A model generated the notes under the pieces. The model was not told where the DNA came from, made no database searches, and saw nothing but the letters and a program-made list of their open reading frames with translations. From a virus, in IMG/VR virus record IMGVR_UViG_3300035527_000189, positions 2,889-66,888 of that record: 64,000 nt of DNA. One strand, 5' to 3'. Positions 17,128 through 27,593 of the stretch are shown here, piece after piece (the first letter of the stretch is position 1; each line of letters opens with the position of its first letter). A program made the translations under genes and the position numbers.

Positions 17128-20100
17128 ATGGCAAAACAAATACAATTAAGAAGAGATACAGAAATAGGTTGGTCTTCTACTAATCCTATTTTAGCTCAAG
17201 GTGAAATAGGTATAAATCTTGATGATAATACTTTTAAGCTAGGTAATGGTGTAACAACATGGTCAGGGTTAGACTATTACGCTATAGGAGAAACAAATAC
17301 TGTTGTTAATTTAGGCACAGGTGAAGGTATATTTTACCAAAAAGATGGAGAAGAGTTACAATTTAAAAGTCTAAAGTCCGATGGGTTGGTAGAAATAACT
17401 TCTGATGATGATTCTATAACCATAGATGTGACCAATTCAGGTATAGCTGATTATAGAGGATTTTCAAATATAGTTTATTTAACCTATAGTGGAGCTTCAG
17501 GTACATCTACAGGAGAAAAGGGGTGTACTTTAACCACCCCCGGCAATTGGACAATTACTGACACAAATGCTATGTACTACCTTGACACAGAAGATGGTAG
17601 TTTAATGGTTACTATACCTGATGCATCTTCTTCTAATGAAACAAATGCTTTAGCATTTAGAATGCCAGATTTGGCATCAGATGTTAATACTGCCACCTTA
17701 CAAACAATCTCAAGCCAAAAGATTGGTCCAGCAACAACCTATGTTATGAGAAGACCCGGAGATCAGTTAGAAATAACTTCTAATAATTTTGGGGGGAGTG
17801 GTAATCCGGCCTGGAAGTGGAGACAAACATATAGTGATCGAAGTTATAAAAATGTTTATACTGTAGCAAAATATGGTGGTGATTTTACTGATATACAAAG
17901 TGCTATAGACCATATAAATTCTACAGAAGAATCAGGGGTTCATGGGATCAGTGTGATGCCCGGCGTATATGACATTAGTTCTATTATAACTTTAGATAGT
18001 GATTTGTGTAAAAGTATTTCTGGATTAGATACAAGAACCGTTATATTAAAGCCAACAAATGATTTAATTGGTGAAGTCTTATTAGAGATAAGAAATTCAG
18101 CCTATGTACAGAATATAACCATAGATGCTACTGATAATGATGATTTTAGAACTACTATTGGTAGTACAGGGATCAAGATAGATGATGATTCTTATGATGA
18201 AAACGCATTAAATAATGTAGAGATAAAAGGTTTTTATTCCAATGTTAATGTAGTAAATGGTTCTAATTTATATGTATTTAATTCGGATTTAAGTAAAAGT
18301 AAGTATAATATTACTACAAGTAGCGGATCTTTATTAGATATAGACAGCTCTTACATTTATGACGCAGAGAATATTAATATATATGCTAAAGATGATAGTG
18401 AAGTTTATATAGAGGGCACTGAAATTTATAATTGGGATTATACCTCAAATAGTGGTATTGCTGTACAATCAGAAAATGAAGCTTATGTAGAAATGTTTGG
18501 GGGAACTAATATATGGGGCCTTAATAAAAATCTTTTAGTACAAAATACTGCTACTATAAGAGTTGATTCTTGTGTTATAGAAGAAACAACAGCTAATCCA
18601 GGTATAGAGCAGAAGGATACATCTACATTAGTTATAGTAAATTCTAGAGCACCTTTAAGTGACATCGATATTGATATTGATGATCCTACCAATGTGTATA
18701 TAAATTCTTATGATTCAACTTTAGGTAGAACTACTATAGGAAGAATGAGTGATGAAGATTCAACATTATTTTCTGTTAATGTAGGTTCTTCCACTAATCC
18801 AGAACTTAAATATATATCTAATTATTATGGGTACAAAGGGTTAGTTTATTATAATTCTACATCTGGGCAAAAAACTATGCTGTCTGTAGAAAGTCTTAAT
18901 GCAGAAGCTGAATTGTTAGCTATAACAAAAGGTGTTAGTGCTCATGATAGTGGGGTGTATTTTAATTTGTATAGTGATCAGTCAGGATCTTTACGAGGAT
19001 GGGAAGTAGGTAAAAGTACTGGATGGAATCCGTCTTTTACTTTTAAGTATTTAGCTTCTACACTAGCTTTACAATTAAATTCTGATGGTTCAATACAACT
19101 TAATTCTGGTGAAAATGTAAATAAGATTTTAGATGAAGATGACATGTCATCTGATGATAGTTCTGCTCTTTCTACACAACAAGCTATCAAGGCTTATGTG
19201 GATAATAATACTTATTCTACTACTGCTCTTAATAATGGGCAATTAGATAATAGATATTATACAGAAAGTGAAGTAGATACTATATCGGGTACTATAGATT
19301 TACAGGTAGTTAAAAGAGACGGAACTAGTCCTTTAACAAATGATTGGGATGTTGGGGATCATGATATTTCAGCCGCCGGATTCAATAAAGATGATACAGA
19401 AGTTGATTTAGCTTCTTTTGTGAATATCACTGGTTTATTAACTGGGGGAGAAATAGCTATAAATGCTGATCCGACTAAATTAAATGTAGCTTCAGGAACC
19501 TCTGTTTATGTTGATATGTCAGATAGAAGCAATCCTGTAGTAGAAACACTATATTGGGATTCAGATACAATAGATTCTACTTTATCAGGTGTTAGAAGTA
19601 AATGGGTAGGTATTTATAGAACAGGAAGCAACACTGGTAGCATTTTAACTGATACAGATTTTTCTCAACTAGAGAAGCGAACAATAACTGTTTTAGGCCG
19701 TTATTGGGGCGATGGTGATGATACTATTACGGGTATTGGTAATTACTCTACTGGTGCTTTTAATGATGGTAAAACAGTTGAAGACATAGCTTATGCTATG
19801 GGGTCAATTAATATATCTGGTAATGTTATTTCACCATCAGATACATCAATGAAATTAAATAGAAGTGCTGGACAAGCATTAAGATATGCTGCTGGTTATA
19901 GTAGTAGTTCTACAAGTCCTAATGTAATAGACTCTGTAGATCAGAATGACATTTCTATCTACCAATACCATGTTCAAAATTCTAATTCTACTACTTTAGC
20001 ATCTGGAATAGATTCAAACTATTATGACAATGGCGGTGTAAAAACAGAAGTTCCTACAGACTATTGGACAGCACAAAGGGTCTATTATTTCCCTGGTAGT

Positions 20101-23100
20101 AGTAATGTACATGCTATATACGATCAGGATGTACATGCTACTAAATCTTTGGCAATAGATGGTATTCAAAAAGACACTTTAATTCTTAATGAGAGTATAT
20201 TATCTGGGTCAATTCTTTTGTGTTACATTGTTATAAAGCAAGGGTGTACTGATCTGTCTGATTCAAACCAAGCAGAAATAATAAAGTCAGTGGAAGGTAT
20301 AGAAGGTTTACTTCCTGGAAATAGAAACCACGGTGAACTTGGAGGTCTTTCAGACGATGATCATCCACAATACTTAACTTTATCTCGTGGTGATTCTTAT
20401 TACCCAAGAACAAGTTATATTGAACAGTCAAGTAACATAAAGTACAGTGACACAACATTTGAACAAGAAAATGAAGAACCCCATGATAATGTTGAAGAGT
20501 TTTTAGATCATGTAGCTCATACATTGGTTTGGGATGGGATAACAGCAAGAACAAATATTGAAGAACCGTTGTCTTATGGTGCATACAACATAGTTAATGT
20601 TGCTTCAGGTATAGCCCATATTAATGACTCTGAATCAGAAAAAATATTCCATGTTACTTGGTCTGGAACCTCATTTAATACTGCTGATATGTATAGCGGG
20701 ACAAATTGGTTTTATGTTGATGAAGAAGGTGATATCCAAATATCACAGTCAGAGCCTAATTACTATTCTAATGCGGTGTTAGGTTATGTTTTTACTGCCG
20801 GTGGGGCAAAATCAATAGGCACAATATATAACAGCGGTGTTTATGGTGGGGCTTTTGGAAGTAGAGTAGCACAAGCTTTAAAAAATATGGGTCCTTTTGT
20901 TGTAAGTGGTCTTACTCTATCTGTAGATAATAGTGATCATATGAAAATAGTAAATTCATTAGGAAATGTTCAACATACTCTTTTGAATTACGATCTAACA
21001 GCTAAAGATTCTTCTGATGCTGGATATACTTTTGGTAAATTTTTATGTTGGTATAGGAATGGTTCAAGCGGTAGTGCTTCTAATTGGTCAACTGACATGG
21101 ATTTTGTTAATAATGAAGAAGGAAGAATACCATTAAGATACAATGATACGACATTATCTGGTTTTTATAACACAGAAGAAACAGCCACAGTTAATAGCGG
21201 GACAAACACCATAGACATATCAGTTGATATTACTTCTGAAATAGACCCTTATGACTTTGCACAGGTTGGCTACTCAAATTATATGTACTCTACACTAGTT
21301 TCTGGTGTTGAATGGACTGGAAGTGAGACAAGAATACATTTATTCTATGATTGGACTGGGCCTACTGCTGCAGACACTTTATATCTTTATAAAGCAGTAA
21401 GGCCTATAGACACTGGTAAGTATGTTAAGCATTTAATACTAAGAACAACAGATGACCAGATGCATTTTATATATGGAACTGAGCAGTTTGATACTGAAGA
21501 TGATGCTAAAGATGGAGCATTGCCTGAAATACCTGAAGCAATAACAGAAAATTCGATTAATATTGCTTATATAATAGTAAGTTCAGATACTACTTCTCTT
21601 GAAGGAAATATTTATGATATAAGACCAACACCTTTTGCTGTATCTTCAGCAGGCGGGGCAGGAGGTGGTTCCACAGCATCAGATCATGGGGCATTAACTG
21701 GATTATCCAATGATGACCATACCCAATATATTTTGGCAGCCGGCACAAGAAATTTTTCTGGTAAAGTTGGTTACTCAAGTAATCAATCATTCTCCAATGA
21801 CACAGACATTATAAGTAAAAAATATGTAGATGACTCAATAGTAATTGATCATGGAAATCTTGAAGGTTTAAGTGACGACGATCATGATCAATATTCCCTT
21901 TCTGATGGATCTAGGGATTACACAGGTATAGTTAGTTATGATGCTGAAAAAACATTTACTTCTGACTCACAAATAGTTGATAAAAAATATGTTGATGATG
22001 GAATAAGCAATTTAACAACTGATCATGGAAATCTAGAAGGATTGGCTGATGATGATCATGAACAGTATCATAATGATACAAGAGGTGATGCTCGTTATTA
22101 TACCCAGTCTCAAGTTAATACTGCTATATCAAACCACCATGCTTCAAGTAGTACAGATCATGATGATAGATATTATACTGAAACTGAATCTGACAGTCTT
22201 TTAACTACTTTATCTGGTGTGCTTCAGACCTCTATCGATAATATAGAAACTGGCCCTTTATCTGCATGTCAAATAAGAAGAACAACAGACTTTATTTTTC
22301 CTTCATCCTTTATTTTTCCTTCATCTTGGGGAGATGTCACTTTTGATACTACTGATATTGAAAACAATACAGACGAGTTACAACATAATGACATTAATAC
22401 TGAAAGAATAGATATAAAAGAAAGTGGATTATATTTACTACATTATAAGTTTCAGGTTATAAGAAGTGAATCTAACTTTAGTTACTCAAGAGTGGTTAAA
22501 AATGGTTCTACTGTTTTAAATGGAAGCGAATCTGAAGCTAATACTTATACTAATGAAGTACACGAATTAACAAGCACATTTGTAGCCAATCTTTCAGCAG
22601 GAGATTATATAAGTCTTCAAGGGTATGAGAATACAACAGGCACAACTACTGGTACAGATGATACAATACTATCAATAATTTCTCTTAAAGGTTTAAGAGG
22701 GGACCAAGGTTTACCAGGCCAAGATGGTGCTCCTGGTACTGGATCTACTATTAATATATCAGAAGATGGTAGCATTGTTGCAGCAGATACATCTAACTTA
22801 AATTTTACTGGTAGTGCTGTTACGGTAACATCTGGGGTATCATATACAACAGTAGATATTGAGGGAGCTAAAACTATTCAGTGCTATAGTACTGATACTA
22901 CTACTAATTTAAATTCTGTTACTCCTGTAACCATTAACTGGAATGGTGAAGATATAAAAGATAATGATACTTTTACACATTCTACTTCTACTAACACATC
23001 CAGATTAACTGTTACAACCGATGGTTGGTATGAGGTATCTTATAATGTTTATTATTCTGGAGCCAGCACTAGATCAAATGTAAGAGGTAGGATTAGAAAA

Positions 23101-23313
23101 AATGGTAATGAATATTTGGGAAGAGGTGTATCTGTAAATTACACAAGAAACTCAACAAATGCTTCTGGTAGTATATCTTCTGGCCCATTCTTGGTACAAT
23201 TATCAAATAATGACTATATTGAGTTACTTACTGATGAGCAAGGAAATTCTACTAACGTGTATATGGTTTCTGGTGATAATTATATAAGACTTACACTTTT
23301 TAGGACAACATAA
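17128..23313 (+). CDS. Large tail fibre / receptor-binding protein (~2060 aa)
   Basis: N-terminal KQIQLRRD..W.STNPILAQGEIG (Mtd_N-like), beta-helix-like region after DFTDIQSAID, DHG.L.GL.DDDH.QY repeats, short collagen GLRGDQGLPGQDGAPG, two C1q-like C-terminal domains; ATG 17128 or TTG 17113. Confidence 0.75.
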   Translation: MAKQIQLRRDTEIGWSSTNPILAQGEIGINLDDNTFKLGNGVTTWSGLDYYAIGETNTVVNLGTGEGIFYQKDGEELQFKSLKSDGLVEITSDDDSITIDVTNSGIADYRGFSNIVYLTYSGASGTSTGEKGCTLTTPGNWTITDTNAMYYLDTEDGSLMVTIPDASSSNETNALAFRMPDLASDVNTATLQTISSQKIGPATTYVMRRPGDQLEITSNNFGGSGNPAWKWRQTYSDRSYKNVYTVAKYGGDFTDIQSAIDHINSTEESGVHGISVMPGVYDISSIITLDSDLCKSISGLDTRTVILKPTNDLIGEVLLEIRNSAYVQNITIDATDNDDFRTTIGSTGIKIDDDSYDENALNNVEIKGFYSNVNVVNGSNLYVFNSDLSKSKYNITTSSGSLLDIDSSYIYDAENINIYAKDDSEVYIEGTEIYNWDYTSNSGIAVQSENEAYVEMFGGTNIWGLNKNLLVQNTATIRVDSCVIEETTANPGIEQKDTSTLVIVNSRAPLSDIDIDIDDPTNVYINSYDSTLGRTTIGRMSDEDSTLFSVNVGSSTNPELKYISNYYGYKGLVYYNSTSGQKTMLSVESLNAEAELLAITKGVSAHDSGVYFNLYSDQSGSLRGWEVGKSTGWNPSFTFKYLASTLALQLNSDGSIQLNSGENVNKILDEDDMSSDDSSALSTQQAIKAYVDNNTYSTTALNNGQLDNRYYTESEVDTISGTIDLQVVKRDGTSPLTNDWDVGDHDISAAGFNKDDTEVDLASFVNITGLLTGGEIAINADPTKLNVASGTSVYVDMSDRSNPVVETLYWDSDTIDSTLSGVRSKWVGIYRTGSNTGSILTDTDFSQLEKRTITVLGRYWGDGDDTITGIGNYSTGAFNDGKTVEDIAYAMGSINISGNVISPSDTSMKLNRSAGQALRYAAGYSSSSTSPNVIDSVDQNDISIYQYHVQNSNSTTLASGIDSNYYDNGGVKTEVPTDYWTAQRVYYFPGSSNVHAIYDQDVHATKSLAIDGIQKDTLILNESILSGSILLCYIVIKQGCTDLSDSNQAEIIKSVEGIEGLLPGNRNHGELGGLSDDDHPQYLTLSRGDSYYPRTSYIEQSSNIKYSDTTFEQENEEPHDNVEEFLDHVAHTLVWDGITARTNIEEPLSYGAYNIVNVASGIAHINDSESEKIFHVTWSGTSFNTADMYSGTNWFYVDEEGDIQISQSEPNYYSNAVLGYVFTAGGAKSIGTIYNSGVYGGAFGSRVAQALKNMGPFVVSGLTLSVDNSDHMKIVNSLGNVQHTLLNYDLTAKDSSDAGYTFGKFLCWYRNGSSGSASNWSTDMDFVNNEEGRIPLRYNDTTLSGFYNTEETATVNSGTNTIDISVDITSEIDPYDFAQVGYSNYMYSTLVSGVEWTGSETRIHLFYDWTGPTAADTLYLYKAVRPIDTGKYVKHLILRTTDDQMHFIYGTEQFDTEDDAKDGALPEIPEAITENSINIAYIIVSSDTTSLEGNIYDIRPTPFAVSSAGGAGGGSTASDHGALTGLSNDDHTQYILAAGTRNFSGKVGYSSNQSFSNDTDIISKKYVDDSIVIDHGNLEGLSDDDHDQYSLSDGSRDYTGIVSYDAEKTFTSDSQIVDKKYVDDGISNLTTDHGNLEGLADDDHEQYHNDTRGDARYYTQSQVNTAISNHHASSSTDHDDRYYTETESDSLLTTLSGVLQTSIDNIETGPLSACQIRRTTDFIFPSSFIFPSSWGDVTFDTTDIENNTDELQHNDINTERIDIKESGLYLLHYKFQVIRSESNFSYSRVVKNGSTVLNGSESEANTYTNEVHELTSTFVANLSAGDYISLQGYENTTGTTTGTDDTILSIISLKGLRGDQGLPGQDGAPGTGSTINISEDGSIVAADTSNLNFTGSAVTVTSGVSYTTVDIEGAKTIQCYSTDTTTNLNSVTPVTINWNGEDIKDNDTFTHSTSTNTSRLTVTTDGWYEVSYNVYYSGASTRSNVRGRIRKNGNEYLGRGVSVNYTRNSTNASGSISSGPFLVQLSNNDYIELLTDEQGNSTNVYMVSGDNYIRLTLFRTT
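22291..22326 (+). repeat. 18-nt in-frame tandem duplication (FIFPSS x2)
   Basis: tttatttttccttcatcc tttatttttccttcatct. Confidence 0.9.
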
Positions 23314-23327
23314 GGGGGAATTTTAAA

Positions 23328-23639
23328 ATGGCAATGCAGATGGAGGTTAATTTAAGTAATGGTATAGAACTCACAGAGGCATACTTGGTGATATCTAAAA
23401 TGGTTTTTTCATATACTGATATTAATTCAGTAGATATACAATTAAGTGTCTATAAGGATGCTTATGCATTTAATAATGGAAAACCTGAAGTTCTGTACTT
23501 TACACATACTTGTTCTGGGAATGAGTTTGAATCTTATTTTTCTTATAATATCTTAAATGTAGAAAGTAATAATCATATAAATAGAGCATATGCCTGGCTT
23601 TTAAATTTAGATGCTTATTCTACAGCAGTAGAAGTTTAG
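23328..23639 (+). CDS. Small protein after the fibre gene (possible fibre chaperone)
   Basis: RBS ggggga; position. Confidence 0.55.
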   Translation: MAMQMEVNLSNGIELTEAYLVISKMVFSYTDINSVDIQLSVYKDAYAFNNGKPEVLYFTHTCSGNEFESYFSYNILNVESNNHINRAYAWLLNLDAYSTAVEV

Positions 23640-23649
23640 GGGGAACACT

Positions 23650-24636
23650 ATGATTATAAATTTATCTAATAATACAGATACAATAATAACTATAAATGAT
23701 TTGGGAAGAGTTAATATAAGCCCAGGTTCAACCATTGATATAGCTTTGACTAAACCACTTAGTGATATAGCTGATAGTAATGATTTAGTAGAATTAATAA
23801 GTAATGGAAGTATAATTGTTGATAACGGGGTAGATACTTTTGATAAAACAGCAGCAATACAATATATTTCTCTACACAATGTTTTGAATGAGCCAAGGGA
23901 TAGATCGGGCAAATTAAGAGTTCATCAAACATCTCGAAAGTTTGGCACTATGGTAATGTGGTCAGGAGAGGGCGACGACCCAAACAATCCAGTGGCGGTA
24001 GGAGGAGGACAAAGACTAGCTTTTGCTTACTCAGTTGGACAAACAGATCCTCTTACAAAGTACATTGATTATAATATGGTAGAGAATGAAACCTGGCTTC
24101 ATGAAGGTTATGTTACTTGGGAGGATGCTCAATTAGATACGTTAGATTTACAATTAGTTCCTAGAGTAACTTCTACAATATCTGGAACCAATTATAATAT
24201 TTATGGGGGTTATTTGATTGTCCCGTCCAACCCTGGTGAAGGTTCGGTTGATATAACTTCAGATATAACACAACATGATGGTGGTTTGGTTTATATGCCA
24301 CCTAATGATTTAGGTGTCAAAACTACTGCATTTTGGAATGCTGAATGGGATACTAATACTAAAACATATACAAACATTTCTCCAGCCCCATCGGGTAATG
24401 GAGAATACAATATGTTTTCTACTGAAATAGTTATTGCCCAATTTGTTAGGAAGATGACATTAATAGGCTCTGGGTTTATAGCATTAAACTCATCTGATAC
24501 GGATCAATTGGGGCATGGTATGAGACTCAAGATGATAGCTGATACTAATACCGAAGACTATCCTGATCACGATTGGAGAATAGCATGTATGATGTGTTTG
24601 CATAGGGAAAAATCAGTTGTAGGCAGTGCTTTATAA
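23650..24636 (+). CDS. Hypothetical virion structural protein
   Basis: RBS agggg; 328 aa, beta-rich. Confidence 0.6.
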   Translation: MIINLSNNTDTIITINDLGRVNISPGSTIDIALTKPLSDIADSNDLVELISNGSIIVDNGVDTFDKTAAIQYISLHNVLNEPRDRSGKLRVHQTSRKFGTMVMWSGEGDDPNNPVAVGGGQRLAFAYSVGQTDPLTKYIDYNMVENETWLHEGYVTWEDAQLDTLDLQLVPRVTSTISGTNYNIYGGYLIVPSNPGEGSVDITSDITQHDGGLVYMPPNDLGVKTTAFWNAEWDTNTKTYTNISPAPSGNGEYNMFSTEIVIAQFVRKMTLIGSGFIALNSSDTDQLGHGMRLKMIADTNTEDYPDHDWRIACMMCLHREKSVVGSAL

Positions 24637-24657
24637 AAAGAAGGGAGGTAGAGTAGT

Positions 24658-25206
24658 ATGAGCATCAAAAGTTCTTTAATAAACTTTTTTGGTGGTATAA
24701 AAATTTATAAAGGGGGAGTTATATTTTTTGGAGAATCTCCTTATAAAATTAAAGGCCCCGATATGCGTGAGGTACTAGATCTTATACGTCCTGGGGATAT
24801 AGTTGTAAATAGAAAAGATCACTATGTTAGTAACATGTTTATCAAAGGTGATTTTAGTCATGCTGGATTATATGTGGGCAGAAATGATGTAATTCATGTA
24901 ATGAGTCGTGGGATAAGGAAAGAGGATATTTTGGTTTTTTTGAGAGCTGATGCTTTTGCTTTGATAAGACCACTAGATCAAAGTAAGACAGAGTCTGCTA
25001 TAACTAAAGCCCATGATAAATTTAGGAAAGGGGTTCTGTATGATTATGATTTTGATAAGGACTGCCCAGAAGAATTTTATTGTTCTGAATTTACCGATTA
25101 TTGCTATGATTATGCTTTGAGAGATAATTTTTCTAAAAACTTTATCTATCCTGATGATTATATAAATTCCTCTAAATACCATAAAATAATTTGGATTAAA
25201 AGGTAA
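24658..25206 (+). CDS. Permuted papain-like amidase (YiiX/YebB, peptidase C92-like)
   Basis: RPGDIVV, FSHAGLYVG (His), YDYDF and FYCSEF (Cys) in permuted His-before-Cys order. Confidence 0.8.
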   Translation: MSIKSSLINFFGGIKIYKGGVIFFGESPYKIKGPDMREVLDLIRPGDIVVNRKDHYVSNMFIKGDFSHAGLYVGRNDVIHVMSRGIRKEDILVFLRADAFALIRPLDQSKTESAITKAHDKFRKGVLYDYDFDKDCPEEFYCSEFTDYCYDYALRDNFSKNFIYPDDYINSSKYHKIIWIKR

Positions 25207-25218
25207 GGTTATATTAAT

Positions 25219-25755
25219 ATGATAGAGGCCAATAAAAACGAATCTTTCCCAATAGCAGTAACTTTAATTAATGATGAGACAGGTGAGTTAGAGACCGGAG
25301 AACAGGTGTTTTATGATATTAGGGATATGAATGACATACCATTGAGCCCTGTTACTAGTGGTACTTTGACAGAATCTACTGTTGAATATGGTATATATAA
25401 GGCTGAGGTAAGTATTTCAGATGCTGGCTTATATATTTGTTACGCTACTTGTTCAGGGTTTTTGGCCGGCACGGAGGAGATTATTATACATGAAGAAAAT
25501 ATTTATGATCTAGCGAAATCACAAAGACCGTATAATGTATCAGTAGAGGATGTAATCAGAACAACTGATGATATAGATAGAACTCCTTCACAAATAGCAC
25601 GTAAAGTTCCATTAGGTAAAACAGATTATATTATAACAAAAATTAAGGCTGAAAATGCAGTTGATTGGAGTAATCCTATAAGTGAAGGTATTAGTTATGC
25701 ACATTATGTATCTGAAGATCAAGAGCTGCCTTATATGATGGGAGGGGAATTCTAA
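25219..25755 (+). CDS. Hypothetical virion protein
   Basis: 178 aa, acidic, beta-sandwich-like N-half. Confidence 0.55.
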   Translation: MIEANKNESFPIAVTLINDETGELETGEQVFYDIRDMNDIPLSPVTSGTLTESTVEYGIYKAEVSISDAGLYICYATCSGFLAGTEEIIIHEENIYDLAKSQRPYNVSVEDVIRTTDDIDRTPSQIARKVPLGKTDYIITKIKAENAVDWSNPISEGISYAHYVSEDQELPYMMGGEF

Positions 25756-26555
25756 TGGATATTCGCCCACTAGTAGCAAATGGATATAATTTATGGACGA
25801 CTACAATTGATTATTCAGATTTGGAAACTGTTTCTTATATCTGGAATGGGACCGGGAATGCTGATGTTTATGGTGATTGGATTCATTCTGGAGAGGGTGT
25901 GGAAGTTCCAGCAGCTATGTATCGTGGAACTAATGGTATGTCTGTAATTGGTGTGGCTAATAACACAGAAATGGTTTTTACAAGTAATACCTTAAAGTAT
26001 CTTGATAATTTTGATTTTCTTTCTTTTTGGGTAAATATAAGATCTTGGGAAATTGGTAGAGATTTTAAAATAAAACTTGAAAATTCTGATGGTTACCAAA
26101 GCGATACACTTAAAATGGCTAATTATATTGATTATTTTAATACTTTAGATTGGCAGAGAGTGGTGATACCTTTACATATATTTAATATGAATTCAGAGGC
26201 TATAGATACTGTTAGATTCATATTAACTAAACATTTAGATTTTTGGATGGATGAATTAATGCTTACATTGGGTTCATCTATTATTATACCTGTAGGTAAA
26301 CCTGATATGGAAACACAGGATGTTGGAAATAAAACAATGAGAACTAATATTAATATATCCCCTACACCTAAAGTTAGAACTAAAATGGAGGAATTAATGC
26401 TTACATTGGGTCCGTCTATTATACCTGAAGATGAACCTGATATGGAAACACAGGATGTTGGAAATAAAACAATGAGAACTAATATGAATATATCCCCTAC
26501 ACCTAAAGTTAGAACTAAAGTAGTGGATAATTTTCCAGGACCCATTAATTTATAA
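25755..26555 (+). CDS. Virion protein with carbohydrate-binding-like domain and duplicated C-terminus
   Basis: FLSFWVN..WQRVVIPL..F..IDTVRF pattern resembles galactose-binding-like CBMs; translational coupling taATG. Confidence 0.5.
   Translation: MDIRPLVANGYNLWTTTIDYSDLETVSYIWNGTGNADVYGDWIHSGEGVEVPAAMYRGTNGMSVIGVANNTEMVFTSNTLKYLDNFDFLSFWVNIRSWEIGRDFKIKLENSDGYQSDTLKMANYIDYFNTLDWQRVVIPLHIFNMNSEAIDTVRFILTKHLDFWMDELMLTLGSSIIIPVGKPDMETQDVGNKTMRTNINISPTPKVRTKMEELMLTLGPSIIPEDEPDMETQDVGNKTMRTNMNISPTPKVRTKVVDNFPGPINL
26247..26519 (+). repeat. Tandem duplication 138 nt + 135 nt
   Basis: 26247-26384 and 26385-26519 both encode M(D/E)ELMLTLG..PDMETQDVGNKTMRTN.NISPTPKVRTK. Confidence 0.92.
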
Positions 26556-26567
26556 GGCGGTGAGAAT

Positions 26568-27560
26568 ATGATAGGTTTAAATTTTACAGTAGAAAATATA
26601 AGTACGATAATACAAGTTTATGATCAGATACAGATTATAAAATACACTGGAGATGAAGCTGATCAACCAGATACTCCAGTAGGTAGTATAGCTAGTTTAA
26701 CTGAATGGGTTACGGTGTCTGGAACTGATAGTTATAAAGTACCAGTAGATTTAGTAGCTGGTGTGAGTAGTTACCAGACTTATGATTATGCTGGTGATTA
26801 TAGTGATTGGTATAGTTCTAGGTATTATAGTACTTCTACTGGTTCTTATAGTGGTTGGTCAGATCCTATATTAGGAGAAACTGGTGATTTATACTATGAT
26901 CCTATATTTCCACCAGAGGTAGAATATGGTACAGCTGATCAGAGAATAATTGATAGAATAAGACTCTATATTGGAGATCCTTTAGGGCTTAGAAGAGAGT
27001 ATGGAGAAGAGGCACTGTCCTCTATTCATCCTGATGGGAGGACTTATGAAATGGATGAAAAGGGGTTCCCATGTTATATTACAATGGGTGGAAAGACCTT
27101 TACAGATACCTTAAATCCATCGGTTAATGGTTATAAGTTGTTGAAGTTTAATGAATTTATAGATACAACTTGTACTGTATGTTCAGGTATAACTAATGTG
27201 TGTGGGGACGATGAGATAAAAGAAATAGAAAATGGAGTCGATATTTGGTACTATACTTTTCGTCATTCGGATAGACAGATTATGGAGGCTTATGATAATT
27301 GTCCTCCACCTATAGGTCTTACTGAAACTACTGCTACATCCACAGCTTATATGCTTCAAACAGCTATAGATTTGATTAGAAAAGAGTTATTGGAAGATGC
27401 TGCAGAGGATGGGGCACGTATTGTAGATGACCGAACGTCTTATGATCCTTCGTCGGGCCAAAAGATAAGAAAGGCTATTTTAGATGATTTAATAAAACAA
27501 TTAAGAGATTTAGTTAATTCACTTAAAATGAACGGCATCACCGGAGTTCTTATAGATTAG
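26568..27560 (+). CDS. Putative head-tail connector / neck protein
   Basis: Position; IIDRIRLYIGD and helical C-terminus ending ITGVLID. Confidence 0.45.
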   Translation: MIGLNFTVENISTIIQVYDQIQIIKYTGDEADQPDTPVGSIASLTEWVTVSGTDSYKVPVDLVAGVSSYQTYDYAGDYSDWYSSRYYSTSTGSYSGWSDPILGETGDLYYDPIFPPEVEYGTADQRIIDRIRLYIGDPLGLRREYGEEALSSIHPDGRTYEMDEKGFPCYITMGGKTFTDTLNPSVNGYKLLKFNEFIDTTCTVCSGITNVCGDDEIKEIENGVDIWYYTFRHSDRQIMEAYDNCPPPIGLTETTATSTAYMLQTAIDLIRKELLEDAAEDGARIVDDRTSYDPSSGQKIRKAILDDLIKQLRDLVNSLKMNGITGVLID

Positions 27561-27593
27561 TATAAGTTATATATAATATTAATAGGAGTCAAT

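Noticed and set aside
17105-17128. TAG stop-codon reassignment, as seen in some large phages
   Set aside because: TAG-ending genes (1106, 8485, 10924, 17107, 23639, 27560, 35552) end at sensible points and the gaps after them are short or intronic; reading through at 17107 does not reach the next frame; coding density is already high under code 11
26247-26519. Possible DGR template/variable repeat pair
   Set aside because: Differences are not adenine-specific (T>G, T>C, T>A, G>A, one indel), the copies are directly tandem within one ORF, and no reverse transcriptase is present
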